Notes under the pieces: generated by a model
Databases searched by the model: none
What the model was told of the DNA's origin: nothing
The model's input: only the letters and a program-made list of their open reading frames with translations
Shown: positions 9,310 through 18,603 of the stretch, one piece after another
Position numbering within the stretch: the stretch's first letter is position 1
Layout: every line of letters starts with the position of its first letter
Translations under genes and position numbers: made by a program
Assembly: GCA_004299085.1 (NCBI GenBank)
Contig: SCQV01000205.1
Coordinates: 1 to 62,909 of the forward strand
Length of the DNA: 62,909 nucleotides
Direction: 5' to 3'
From: Chitinophagaceae bacterium
Lineage (GTDB): Bacteria; Bacteroidota; Bacteroidia; Chitinophagales; Chitinophagaceae

Positions 9310-10374
9310 ATGTTCAAAGTAAAATTTTTGAAATGGATATTGTTTGTTGTTTTAATGCTAAACATAAATACGATGAATGCACAAATAAAAGATAGTTTAG
9401 ATGCAGGTCAGCAAAGTATTGTAACCATTTCAGCTTTAACAGCGATTGGTGATTTGGAACATTTAAAAACAGAATTGAATAACAGTCTTGATGCAGGGCT
9501 TACAATTAATGAAATAAAAGAAGTGTTAGTTCAGTTGTATGCTTATTGCGGTTTTCCGAGAAGTTTGAACAGCATTAGCACCTTCATGCAAGTAGTAGAA
9601 GAAAGAAAAGTAAAAGGTATAAATGATGTAGTGGGTAAAGATGCTTCGCCTATTTCTGATACCGATAAATACGAACAAGGGAGAAAAGTTTTGGAAGTGT
9701 TGACTAAAACACCGCAGGCTAAACCGGCGCCTGGTTTCGGGGAGTTTGCACCACGTATAGATGCTTTTTTAAAAGAACATTTGTTTGCCGATATTTTCGA
9801 TAGTGACGTGCTTACCTACCAGCAACGAGAATTCGCGACCATTTCAGCATTAGCGGCCATGCCGGGATTAGAATCACAATTGCAATCTCATATAAAAATG
9901 GGAATGAATACTGGTATTACGGAAAGCCAGTTAGAGCAAGTTGCGGAACTGATAGAAAAGCATGTCAGTAGAACGCAGGCAAACTCAGTAAGAAAATTGT
10001 TATCAAAACCAATTGTTCCGGTTATAGAACCGGATATGATAGTTCGTATTTCTGAAATTGAAATCGTGCCGGAATATTTGGAAGAATACAAAGCTATTCT
10101 GAAAGAAGAAGCCGCGTCATCAGTTAAAATAGAGCCGGGTGTGATTGCGATTTTCCCAATGTATCAGCAGGAAAATCCAACACAGATTAGGATTATTGAA
10201 ATGTACGCCAATAAAGCGGCCTATCAGTCACATTTGCAAACACAGCATTTTCAACGTTATAAAACCAGTACGTTTAAAATGGTGAAATCATTAAACCTGG
10301 TGGATATGAAAAGTATTGATAAAGAAACCATGTTGGAGATTTTCAGAAAACTGAATTGGCAAAAGCAGCAATGA
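9310..10374 (+). CDS. Secreted fusion of two carboxymuconolactone-decarboxylase (CMD)-family domains and an ABM (antibiotic-biosynthesis monooxygenase-like) domain
   Basis: A signal peptide ends NTMNAQ. Two CMD-like units are present (LVQLYAYCGFPRSLN and a second unit around MGMNTGITESQLEQV). The C-terminal ferredoxin-like ABM pattern is IVRISEIEI...IRIIEMYANKAAYQSHLQTQHF. Confidence 0.65.
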   Translation: MFKVKFLKWILFVVLMLNINTMNAQIKDSLDAGQQSIVTISALTAIGDLEHLKTELNNSLDAGLTINEIKEVLVQLYAYCGFPRSLNSISTFMQVVEERKVKGINDVVGKDASPISDTDKYEQGRKVLEVLTKTPQAKPAPGFGEFAPRIDAFLKEHLFADIFDSDVLTYQQREFATISALAAMPGLESQLQSHIKMGMNTGITESQLEQVAELIEKHVSRTQANSVRKLLSKPIVPVIEPDMIVRISEIEIVPEYLEEYKAILKEEAASSVKIEPGVIAIFPMYQQENPTQIRIIEMYANKAAYQSHLQTQHFQRYKTSTFKMVKSLNLVDMKSIDKETMLEIFRKLNWQKQQ

Positions 10375-10399
10375 AAAGAATCATGCAGAGGGAATATAA

Positions 10400-11275
<876 letters not shown>

Positions 11276-11289
11276 GAAAAAAAAAGATC

Positions 11290-12156
11290 ATGATACTAAA
11301 TGAAAAATATACCTTATCAAATGGTATAAAAATTCCTAAAATAGGACTTGGAACATGGTTTATCCCTGATAAAACTGTTGCACAAGTGGTAAAAGATGCT
11401 GTAGCAATAGGATATCGGCATATTGATACCGCACAGGCTTATGGAAATGAGAGAGGTGTTGGAGAAGGAGTTAAAGATAGTGGTGTGAAAAGAGCAGATT
11501 TGTTTGTTACTACAAAACTTGCCGCAGAGATAAAATCATACGACGAGGCGGTTGCGGCCATTGATAAGTCGTTCAAAAAATTAGGACTTGGTTACATTGA
11601 CATGATGATTATCCACAGTCCAAAACCATGGGCAGAATACCAGAAAGAAGACAATTATCTGGAGGGAAACCGCGAAGCATGGAGGGCATTGGAAGAGGCA
11701 TACAAATCAGGAAAGCTTCATGCCATTGGTGTTTCAAATTTCCAGATAAGGGATATAGAAAATGTTCTTAAAAGTGGTACCATAAAACCCATGGTGAATC
11801 AGGTTCTAGCACACATTAGCAATACACCAAAAGAACTGATAGCCTGGTGTCAGCAAAATGATGTTCTTATAGAGGCCTACTCGCCAATTGCTCACGGTGA
11901 GTTGCTGAAAAATAAGAAAGTAATTAAGGTGGCTAAAAAATACGGTGTTTCTGTACCACAATTGGCGATTCGGTATTGCCTTGAATTGGGTTTACTTCCC
12001 TTACCGAAAACAACAAATCCAAAGAATATGGAGAACAATGCAGATGTAGATTTTTCAATAGCTTCATCGGATATGGACGTGTTGAAAAACATGGAACCAA
12101 TCAAGGACTATGGCGCTTCAAGCAAGTTTCCTGTTTTTGGAGGGAAGGCAAAATGA
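11290..12156 (+). CDS. Aldo/keto reductase
   Basis: GLGTW, HIDTAQAYGNE and YIDMMIIHSP motifs. Confidence 0.9.
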   Translation: MILNEKYTLSNGIKIPKIGLGTWFIPDKTVAQVVKDAVAIGYRHIDTAQAYGNERGVGEGVKDSGVKRADLFVTTKLAAEIKSYDEAVAAIDKSFKKLGLGYIDMMIIHSPKPWAEYQKEDNYLEGNREAWRALEEAYKSGKLHAIGVSNFQIRDIENVLKSGTIKPMVNQVLAHISNTPKELIAWCQQNDVLIEAYSPIAHGELLKNKKVIKVAKKYGVSVPQLAIRYCLELGLLPLPKTTNPKNMENNADVDFSIASSDMDVLKNMEPIKDYGASSKFPVFGGKAK

Positions 12157-12184
12157 TGCTTAAACCGTCTTTGATTATATTGAA

Positions 12185-12298
12185 AAAGAAGACAGTCATA
12201 GAACCATCAATTACCAAATGAAACTATTGGAAAAAGTGGGATTTAGGAAAGTGGAATTATTGCATAAAAACTATGCTTCGCCGCATTTGGTGCAATAA
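12185..12298 (+). pseudogene. Short relic of a GNAT-type acetyltransferase C-terminus, frameshifted
   Basis: ...VIEPSITK* in one frame, then NYQMKLLEKVGFRKVELLHKNY...* in another. The xxLLEKxGF motif is typical of GNAT motif B. Only about 35 codons remain. Confidence 0.25.
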
Positions 12299-12438
12299 AG
12301 TGAATTTACTTTCTGCCATTCAACAATTCAATAAGTCTTCTTCACCTGAATGAGCGACTTTCTGGGTATGGGATGTTAAGCAGGATAATAAATCGGCCAA
12401 AAGATTAGCTTTGTATTTTAAGCGTATAAAAAAAACTG

Positions 12439-13044
12439 ATGGTAGTAATCAATCAAAAAAGCTCTTTTCCTGTCAAAAACGTATTATTCACGTTTGCATT
12501 GGGGTCTGAAGCTGCCGATGTGTTTGCAGTGTATAACCATTTGATATGTGGTATAGGCAAAGTAAATGCAACCTATAATCTACTGAAATCAATACAACAC
12601 AAAAGACCCTCATTGATTGTAAATTTAGGCTCAGCAGGAAGCAATTATTTCCAAAAAGGAGAAGTGGTTTGTTGCACAAAATTTATACAACGTGATATGA
12701 ACGTGATGGCCTTAGGATATGAGCAATACGAAACACCATTGTCGGGATTGCCCCCTATCCTCAAATACGGTTTGGAGATGGATGGAATACCGCAGGCCAT
12801 TTGCGGAACCGGTGATAACTTTGAAATGGCACATGCAGCAACAGGTTACAATGTAGTAGATATGGAAGCCTATGCTTTGACTGTGGTAGCTATGAAAGAA
12901 AACATTCCTTTCCTTTGTCTCAAATATATTTCGGATGGCGCTGACGGTAATGCAGCAGAAGACTGGACCGTGCAGGTACGCAAAGCCGCACTTGCATTTG
13001 AAAAGATTTTAAAGCTGAATAAGAAAAACATTCCGGTATTATAA
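12439..13044 (+). CDS. Nucleoside phosphorylase-family protein (MTA/SAH nucleosidase-like)
   Basis: PNP_UDP_1-type pattern: GIGKVNA, NLGSAGS and VVDMEAYA. Confidence 0.65.
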   Translation: MVVINQKSSFPVKNVLFTFALGSEAADVFAVYNHLICGIGKVNATYNLLKSIQHKRPSLIVNLGSAGSNYFQKGEVVCCTKFIQRDMNVMALGYEQYETPLSGLPPILKYGLEMDGIPQAICGTGDNFEMAHAATGYNVVDMEAYALTVVAMKENIPFLCLKYISDGADGNAAEDWTVQVRKAALAFEKILKLNKKNIPVL

Positions 13045-13131
13045 TTCAAAATTGAGAAAAGTGATGTGGGGGAAAGTTCAACAGATTAAACCAACAGCAG
13101 AATCCTTAAATTTGTATCAGCTTATAAAAAT

Positions 13132-14166
13132 TTGTTTCAGCGCATGAAGAAAATAGGATTTTTATCATTTGGACATTGGGCAAATCATCCATCCTATAGA
13201 GTCAGGACTGCAAGTGATTCGTTGCTCCAGTCTATTGATTTGGCTGTTGCCGCTGAAGAAATCGGTATTGATGGCGCTTATTTTAGAGTGCATCATTTTG
13301 CTGCCCAGTTGGGCTCTCCGTTTCCTTTACTTTCTGCTATTGGCGCTAAAACTAAAAAGATAGAAATCGGAACGGGAGTTATAGATATGCGTTATGAAAA
13401 TCCGTTGTATATGGTAGAAGATGCCGGGGCTGCCGATTTAATTTCAAGAGGGCGACTTCAATTAGGCATTAGCAGAGGCTCACCTGAACAGGTGATTGAT
13501 GGTTGGCGATATTTCGGATACGAACCGGCTGATGGAGAAAATAATGAGTCTATGGGCCGCAGAAAAGGCTTAGAGTTTTTGGATAAATTATCAGGTAAAG
13601 GTTTTGCTCAACCTAGCCCCAATCCGATGTTTCCAAATCCTCCGGGTTTATTGAGGCCGGAACCTTATTCTGAAGGATTGAGGGAACGTATCTGGTGGGG
13701 AGCCGGATCGAATGCCACAGCAATTTGGGCTGCAGAACATGCCATGAACCTTCAAAGTTCTACCTTAAAGGAAGACGAAAGCGGAAAACCTTTTCATGTG
13801 CAGCAGGCAGAGCAAATCAGGTTGTTTAAAGAAGCGTGGAGAAAAGCAGGTCACCAACGTACACCGAGGGTTTCTGTGAGTCGCTCCATTTTTGCTTTAG
13901 TTAATGATATGGACCGTTATTATTTTGGGCACGAAGCAGAGAGAAACGATCAAATTGGTTTTATAGATAAAAATACAAGAGCCATTTTCGGAAGAAGTTA
14001 TGCTGCTGAACCTGATCAGCTTATTAAGGACCTTGCAAAAGATGAAGCCATTCAGGAAGCCGATACACTTCTTTTAACCGTACCCAATACGCTGGGCGTA
14101 GATTATAACGTACATGTGTTGTCGTCTATCCTGGAATATGTGGCGCCTGAATTGGGTTGGCGGTGA
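13132..14166 (+). CDS. LLM-class (luciferase-like) flavin-dependent oxidoreductase
   Basis: Luciferase-like TIM-barrel pattern (GIDGAYFRVHHF..., RLQLGISRGS). The likely start is ATG 13144. Confidence 0.8.
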   Translation: MFQRMKKIGFLSFGHWANHPSYRVRTASDSLLQSIDLAVAAEEIGIDGAYFRVHHFAAQLGSPFPLLSAIGAKTKKIEIGTGVIDMRYENPLYMVEDAGAADLISRGRLQLGISRGSPEQVIDGWRYFGYEPADGENNESMGRRKGLEFLDKLSGKGFAQPSPNPMFPNPPGLLRPEPYSEGLRERIWWGAGSNATAIWAAEHAMNLQSSTLKEDESGKPFHVQQAEQIRLFKEAWRKAGHQRTPRVSVSRSIFALVNDMDRYYFGHEAERNDQIGFIDKNTRAIFGRSYAAEPDQLIKDLAKDEAIQEADTLLLTVPNTLGVDYNVHVLSSILEYVAPELGWR

Positions 14167-14253
14167 GAATCCCTGACTGTGGAACTGGAAAATAGAAAAG
14201 TTAAAATCATCAAAAACAAAAAACAATCATTAATTTTTTTAAAAAATCAAATT

Positions 14254-15005
14254 ATGAAATTATTAGAAAATAAAGTAGCCATCATCACCGGTGCAGGTTC
14301 CGGCATTGGCAAAGCCATCTCCTTGTTATATGCAAAAGAAGGCGCAAAAATCGTGGTATCAGACATTAATGAGAAAGGAGGCAATGAAACGGTTTCAGAA
14401 ATAAAACCGGCAGGCGGCGAAGCGATATTTATAAAGGCCGACACTTCCAAACCTGATGATAGTAAAAGTTTGGTAGAACAAGCATTAAAACAATTTGGCG
14501 GATTGCATATCGCAGTAAACAATGCGGGTATTGGAGGCCCTTTAGGCCCTGTTGGCGAATATCCGATTGATGGCTGGGACAAAGTAATTTCTATCAATTT
14601 ATCCGGGGTGTTCTATAGAATGCGTTATCAGATTCCTGCTATGCTAAAATCAGGTGGTGGAAATATTGTAAACATCGCTTCTATTTTGGTAAAGCAGGAG
14701 CCAAAGGGTCTTCTGCTTACGTAGCTGCAAAGCATGGCGTGATAGGCCTTACCGAATCGGCAGCGCCGGAATACGCTGACCAAAAAATCCGCATTAATTC
14801 CGTAGGGCCGGGTTATATTTTAACGCCATTACTTACCAATTCTTTAGACGAAAAAGCAATGAAAGCATTGGTAGGCCTGCATCCTATGGGAAGGTTGGGC
14901 GCCTCAGAAGAGGTGGCTGAACTGGCATTGTGGCTGAATTCTGATAAAGCATCTTTTGTGACAGGGTCTTACTATAATGTGGACGGCGGATATTTAGCTC
15001 AATAG
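14254..15005 (+). pseudogene. SDR-family oxidoreductase disrupted by a 1-nt deletion (or an assembly error) in a G run
   Basis: ORFs 14179-14724 and 14739-15005 are two halves of one SDR. The TGAGSGIG and NNAG motifs are in the first half. The catalytic Y-x-x-x-K (YVAAK) becomes readable only after a +1 shift at about 14688-14690 (att ttg g-t aaa). The intact paralog at 33216-33974 reads atc ttg ggc aaa at that point. Total length is 752 nt, which is 3n-1. Confidence 0.85.
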
Positions 15006-15033
15006 ATTATGTTTCATTAAAAAAATAAAAATT

Positions 15034-15423
15034 ATGGCAAAAGTTACCGCCAACAATGGCAAAGAAAATTATTTGGTAGAAATACAATCTCCTACCGGAA
15101 ATATTGTAATGGCAGATGAGCCAAAAGAGAAAGGCGGCCTGGACAAAGGCTTCTCACCAAAGGAATTGCTGGCTTCTGCTTTGGCTGCCTGCACCAGTGC
15201 CACCGTACGCATCTTTTGCAATCGCAAAGGATGGGAGGTGAAAAATGTACATATTCAGATTGAATTAGTTGAAGAGGAAGGTAAAACAATTTTGAACAGG
15301 AAACTTCAATTGGAGGGCAACCTGGATGAAGCCCAGCGCCAAATACTTTTGAATGTAGCGAATGCGTGCCCTATTCATAAAATATTGACACATCCTATTG
15401 CTGTTGAAACATCATTGATTTAA
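15034..15423 (+). CDS. OsmC-family peroxiredoxin-like protein
   Basis: The OsmC pattern SPKELLASALAACTS ... ANACPIHKIL contains both conserved Cys. It is a paralog of 30286-30681. Confidence 0.85.
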   Translation: MAKVTANNGKENYLVEIQSPTGNIVMADEPKEKGGLDKGFSPKELLASALAACTSATVRIFCNRKGWEVKNVHIQIELVEEEGKTILNRKLQLEGNLDEAQRQILLNVANACPIHKILTHPIAVETSLI

Positions 15424-15600
15424 GTGCTCCCAAGTTCAGCATTGGAATTGTGCGTGTTTATTTCCAATCTTTTTTGGATTTATACCATTCGATACAGTAT
15501 CACCTGTTATGGTTAATGGTAAAAAAGGTAAATTCAAGACTATTTTGGAAATATATAGTAAACAATATATCGCCAGTGTGGCAGGAATGAGAGCGCCCGA

Positions 15601-15640
15601 ATGGCCCGGTGCGCCAAAGAAAAGCGAAGTGCTTATTTAC
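15601..15640 (+). repeat. Direct repeat copy 1, flanking the AKR gene at 15701-16714
   Basis: atggcccggtgcgccaaagaaaagcgaagtgcttatttac matches 16780-16819 at 36/40 positions. A shared 14-mer aatggtaaaaaagg lies upstream of each copy (15515-15528 and 16725-16738). Confidence 0.7.
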
Positions 15641-15700
15641 GGGTTTTAGTATGAAAGAATTAAAGAAATTGTGGAATCATTGAAAAATAAAAAATAGATT

Positions 15701-16714
15701 ATGATGAATAACATGAAACAGGTAAAATTAGGCAGCCAGGGATTGGTTGTCCCAACGATTGGTTTGGGTTGTATGGGAATGACAACTATTCGTGGGAGAG
15801 ACACCTATGGAAAAGCAAACGAGCAGGAAGCCATTGCCACCATTCATCGTTCATTGGAATTAGGCGGAAATTTTTTGGACACATCAGATTTGTATGGCCC
15901 ATTACTCAACGAAAGATTGATAGCCAAAGCAATCAAGGGCGACAGGGAGAAGTATATCATTGCCTCAAAATTTGGTTTTGAAATCAACGATGATGAGCAA
16001 CTAACAGGCAAAATAAACGGCAGTAAGAGTTACATCAAAAAGGCAATAGAACGTTCGTTAAAAAATCTCGATACCGATTACGTTGATTTGTATTATCTGC
16101 ACCGTTTAGATACGAACACGCCCATTGAAGAAACTGTTGGCGCAATGGCTGAATTGGTAAAAGAGGGGAAAGTAAAATACATCGGGCTTTCAGAAGTGGG
16201 GTCGGAAACCATTCGGAAAGCGCACGCCATACACCCACTCACAGCAGTACAAACCGAATATTCATTGTTTGAAAGACAGGTGGAAGAATTGGGGATTATA
16301 GATACACTGAATGAATTAGGAATTAGCCTGGTAGCCTATTCACCCTTGGGCAGAGGTTTTTTGAGCGGGGAAATACAGAAGCCTGATGACTTTACTGATG
16401 ACGATTTTAGAAAATATTTGCCAAAATACCAGGGAGAACAATTTTCTAAGAATGTGGCATTGGTCAATGAGATAAGAAAAATGGCAGCAGAAAAAAATAT
16501 CACTTCAGTACAGCTTGCCATCGCCTGGGTTATCGCCAAAGGACATGTACCTATTCCGGGAACAAAACGTGTAAAATATGTAGAACAAAACATTGCAGCC
16601 ACAAACGTTGTGCTTACTGCTGACGATTTGAACCGTTTGGAAGTCATTATTCCGTTAGGAACTGAAACAGGCGCAAGATATGATGAAGCAGGAATGAAGA
16701 CCGTTAATTTGTAA
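15701..16714 (+). CDS. Aldo/keto reductase (Tas/YghZ-like, about 330 aa class)
   Basis: GLGCMGM, LDTSDLYG, YVDLYYLHR and IGLSE motifs. Confidence 0.9.
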   Translation: MMNNMKQVKLGSQGLVVPTIGLGCMGMTTIRGRDTYGKANEQEAIATIHRSLELGGNFLDTSDLYGPLLNERLIAKAIKGDREKYIIASKFGFEINDDEQLTGKINGSKSYIKKAIERSLKNLDTDYVDLYYLHRLDTNTPIEETVGAMAELVKEGKVKYIGLSEVGSETIRKAHAIHPLTAVQTEYSLFERQVEELGIIDTLNELGISLVAYSPLGRGFLSGEIQKPDDFTDDDFRKYLPKYQGEQFSKNVALVNEIRKMAAEKNITSVQLAIAWVIAKGHVPIPGTKRVKYVEQNIAATNVVLTADDLNRLEVIIPLGTETGARYDEAGMKTVNL

Positions 16715-16779
16715 TATTCAGTGCAATGGTAAAAAAGGATAGCTGTCAGCCCACTAATGCCAGTACTGCTTATCCCTGT

Positions 16780-16819
16780 ATGGCCGAGTGCGCCAAAGAA
16801 AAGCGGAGTTCTTATTTAC
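16780..16819 (+). repeat. Direct repeat copy 2, flanking the AKR gene
   Basis: See copy 1. In one frame both copies read WP(G/S)APKKS(E/G)VLIY, so they may be relics of a coding 5' region. Confidence 0.7.
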
Positions 16820-16850
16820 AAGCCAATGTCTTTTAGTTAAGGGAAAACCA

Positions 16851-16946
16851 GCCACGAAGACTCTAAGTCACTAAGGAAACACAAAGAGCAGACTTGGTGA
16901 TGTTTCGTGTCCTTGCCTATCGCAGGCAGGTTTGAGACTTTGTGGC
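16851..16946. other. About 96-nt imperfect palindromic / multi-stem element (structured RNA or REP-like intergenic element)
   Basis: The outer arms gccacgaagactc (16851-16863) and gagactttgtggc (16934-16946) pair at 12/13 positions, including one G-U. An inner hairpin cttgcct-atcgc-aggcagg lies at 16912-16930. The element sits 58 nt upstream of the 17004 ORF. Confidence 0.35.
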
Positions 16947-17003
16947 ACAAAATTTATCAATCACATTCCCTAACTAAACGGCATTGATTTACTAGCTTTA
17001 AAT

Positions 17004-17711
17004 ATGAAAAGATTAATAAATGAAAATCATCTCAAAAAACAAAATACCATGAATGAACAGTCCTCAAATAAACATAATGCACCCATGAGCTTTCTTGTTT
17101 TTTCAGCATCGCTAAGACATGATTCGTTTAATACACGATTGGCAAAATTAGCAGCCCGGGTCATTGAAAAAAATGGCGGTACGGTTGACCTTGCAAATAT
17201 GAGTGAGTTTGACTGCCCTTCCTATAATCAGGATTTGGAAATAAATAATTTGCAACCAAAAGGCGCCGTAGAATTTCGCAAACGCATTTTATCAAACGAT
17301 GCCATCATTATTTCATCGCCGGAATATAATGGCTCCATGCCCGGGCTTATTAAGAATGCGATAGATTGGGTTTCACGGTTTCGTCCGCAACCTTTCAATG
17401 AACACCATGCCTTACTCATGTCAGCATCTCCTTCAATGGGTGGGGGCAATAAAGCGCTTTGGTCATTGAGGATGCCATTAGAACATCTTGGAGCCAGAGT
17501 TTTTCCCGATATGTTTTCACTGGCAACGGCACATAAAACTTTTACATCCGAAGGGAATATAACGGATGAAACTTTGTCAAAGCGATTTGAAGCGAATCTG
17601 GTTGCTTTCATGCAACTTGTAGAAGCAGCAAAACATTATCCGTGCATGAAAAAAGCATGGGTTGAATTCCTGGGAGAACAACCCGATTTCGTCACAGAAC
17701 GAGTAGAGTAA
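17004..17711 (+). CDS. NADPH-dependent FMN reductase-family protein
   Basis: Flavodoxin-like pattern LVFSASLRHDSFN...IISSPEYNGSMPGLIKNAIDW. The likely start is ATG 17049. Confidence 0.8.
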   Translation: MKRLINENHLKKQNTMNEQSSNKHNAPMSFLVFSASLRHDSFNTRLAKLAARVIEKNGGTVDLANMSEFDCPSYNQDLEINNLQPKGAVEFRKRILSNDAIIISSPEYNGSMPGLIKNAIDWVSRFRPQPFNEHHALLMSASPSMGGGNKALWSLRMPLEHLGARVFPDMFSLATAHKTFTSEGNITDETLSKRFEANLVAFMQLVEAAKHYPCMKKAWVEFLGEQPDFVTERVE

Positions 17712-17777
17712 TTAAATAATTGAGTCTCGAACGTCAAGCCGCCATATTGCAAATACCCTTTTATCGGTTCGTTGTTT

Positions 17778-18398
17778 TTAGTTTGTTATCATTGCCACTT
17801 GTTTTATATACTTATCTTCTTCAAGTTCAGATACAATAAACTGAGCGACATCCAGGTAGCTGATTTGAAATTTTGATTTGTCTGTCAGGGCATTGATTGT
17901 ATAAGTGCCTAATTCCGGCCCATGAATGATTTCGCTTGGCCTCACAATTGTCCAATCCAAGTTGGATTGTTTAACTAAATCTTCTTGAATTCCGTGGTCT
18001 TTATAAGAGGCATTCATAAGTTCATTATTCAAGACCATATTTTTGAAACCATCTGGCATATTATTCCAACTATCACCCGCACCTTCTGCACTCAAACAAA
18101 TAAGACGCTTTGCGCCTGATTTTTTCATTGCGGAAATAATATTTGCCGTTCCTTTAGACATAGCATCTACACTTGAATTTGCTATTCCAAGTGCAATAAC
18201 AACTTGGTCATTTGCATTAATTAATGGTTCAACTTCTGCTTCATTTGTTACATTGCCTACAAAATAGGTCAATTTTTCGTTTGATGATCTCTGTTGTCTG
18301 GTTAATACAGAAACGGTCTTTCCGTTGCTAATAAGTTTGTCAACGATAATTCGTCCTACAGCACCCGTCCCACCAAATGCAATTGTTTTATTTTCCAT
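17778..18398 (-). CDS. NAD(P)H-binding (atypical SDR / NmrA-like) protein
   Basis: N-terminal Rossmann motif IAFGGTGAVGR. 206 aa. Confidence 0.8.
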   Translation of the reverse strand: MENKTIAFGGTGAVGRIIVDKLISNGKTVSVLTRQQRSSNEKLTYFVGNVTNEAEVEPLINANDQVVIALGIANSSVDAMSKGTANIISAMKKSGAKRLICLSAEGAGDSWNNMPDGFKNMVLNNELMNASYKDHGIQEDLVKQSNLDWTIVRPSEIIHGPELGTYTINALTDKSKFQISYLDVAQFIVSELEEDKYIKQVAMITN

Positions 18399-18603
18399 TT
18401 TTATTTTTTTAGATATTCTTCAATATACAATGACCGCTAACACATATAAGCGTATGTTTCTATCATTCACTATCCAAAGATATAAAAATTTAAATCATAA
18501 TAAACAAATCCGGGTGTATCCCAAATGGTCGTTTTTAAATCCGGATAAGTGTAATATTTTTCTTATATTGCTCCGTCTTTCACTAAAATAAACCTATCTG
18601 ATA

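Noticed and set aside
14247-14597. 116-aa minus-strand ORF, and similarly 33625-33993 on the plus strand
   Set aside because: Both are antisense shadows of the two SDR genes. Their Gly/Pro/Ala-rich translations mirror the SDR codons.
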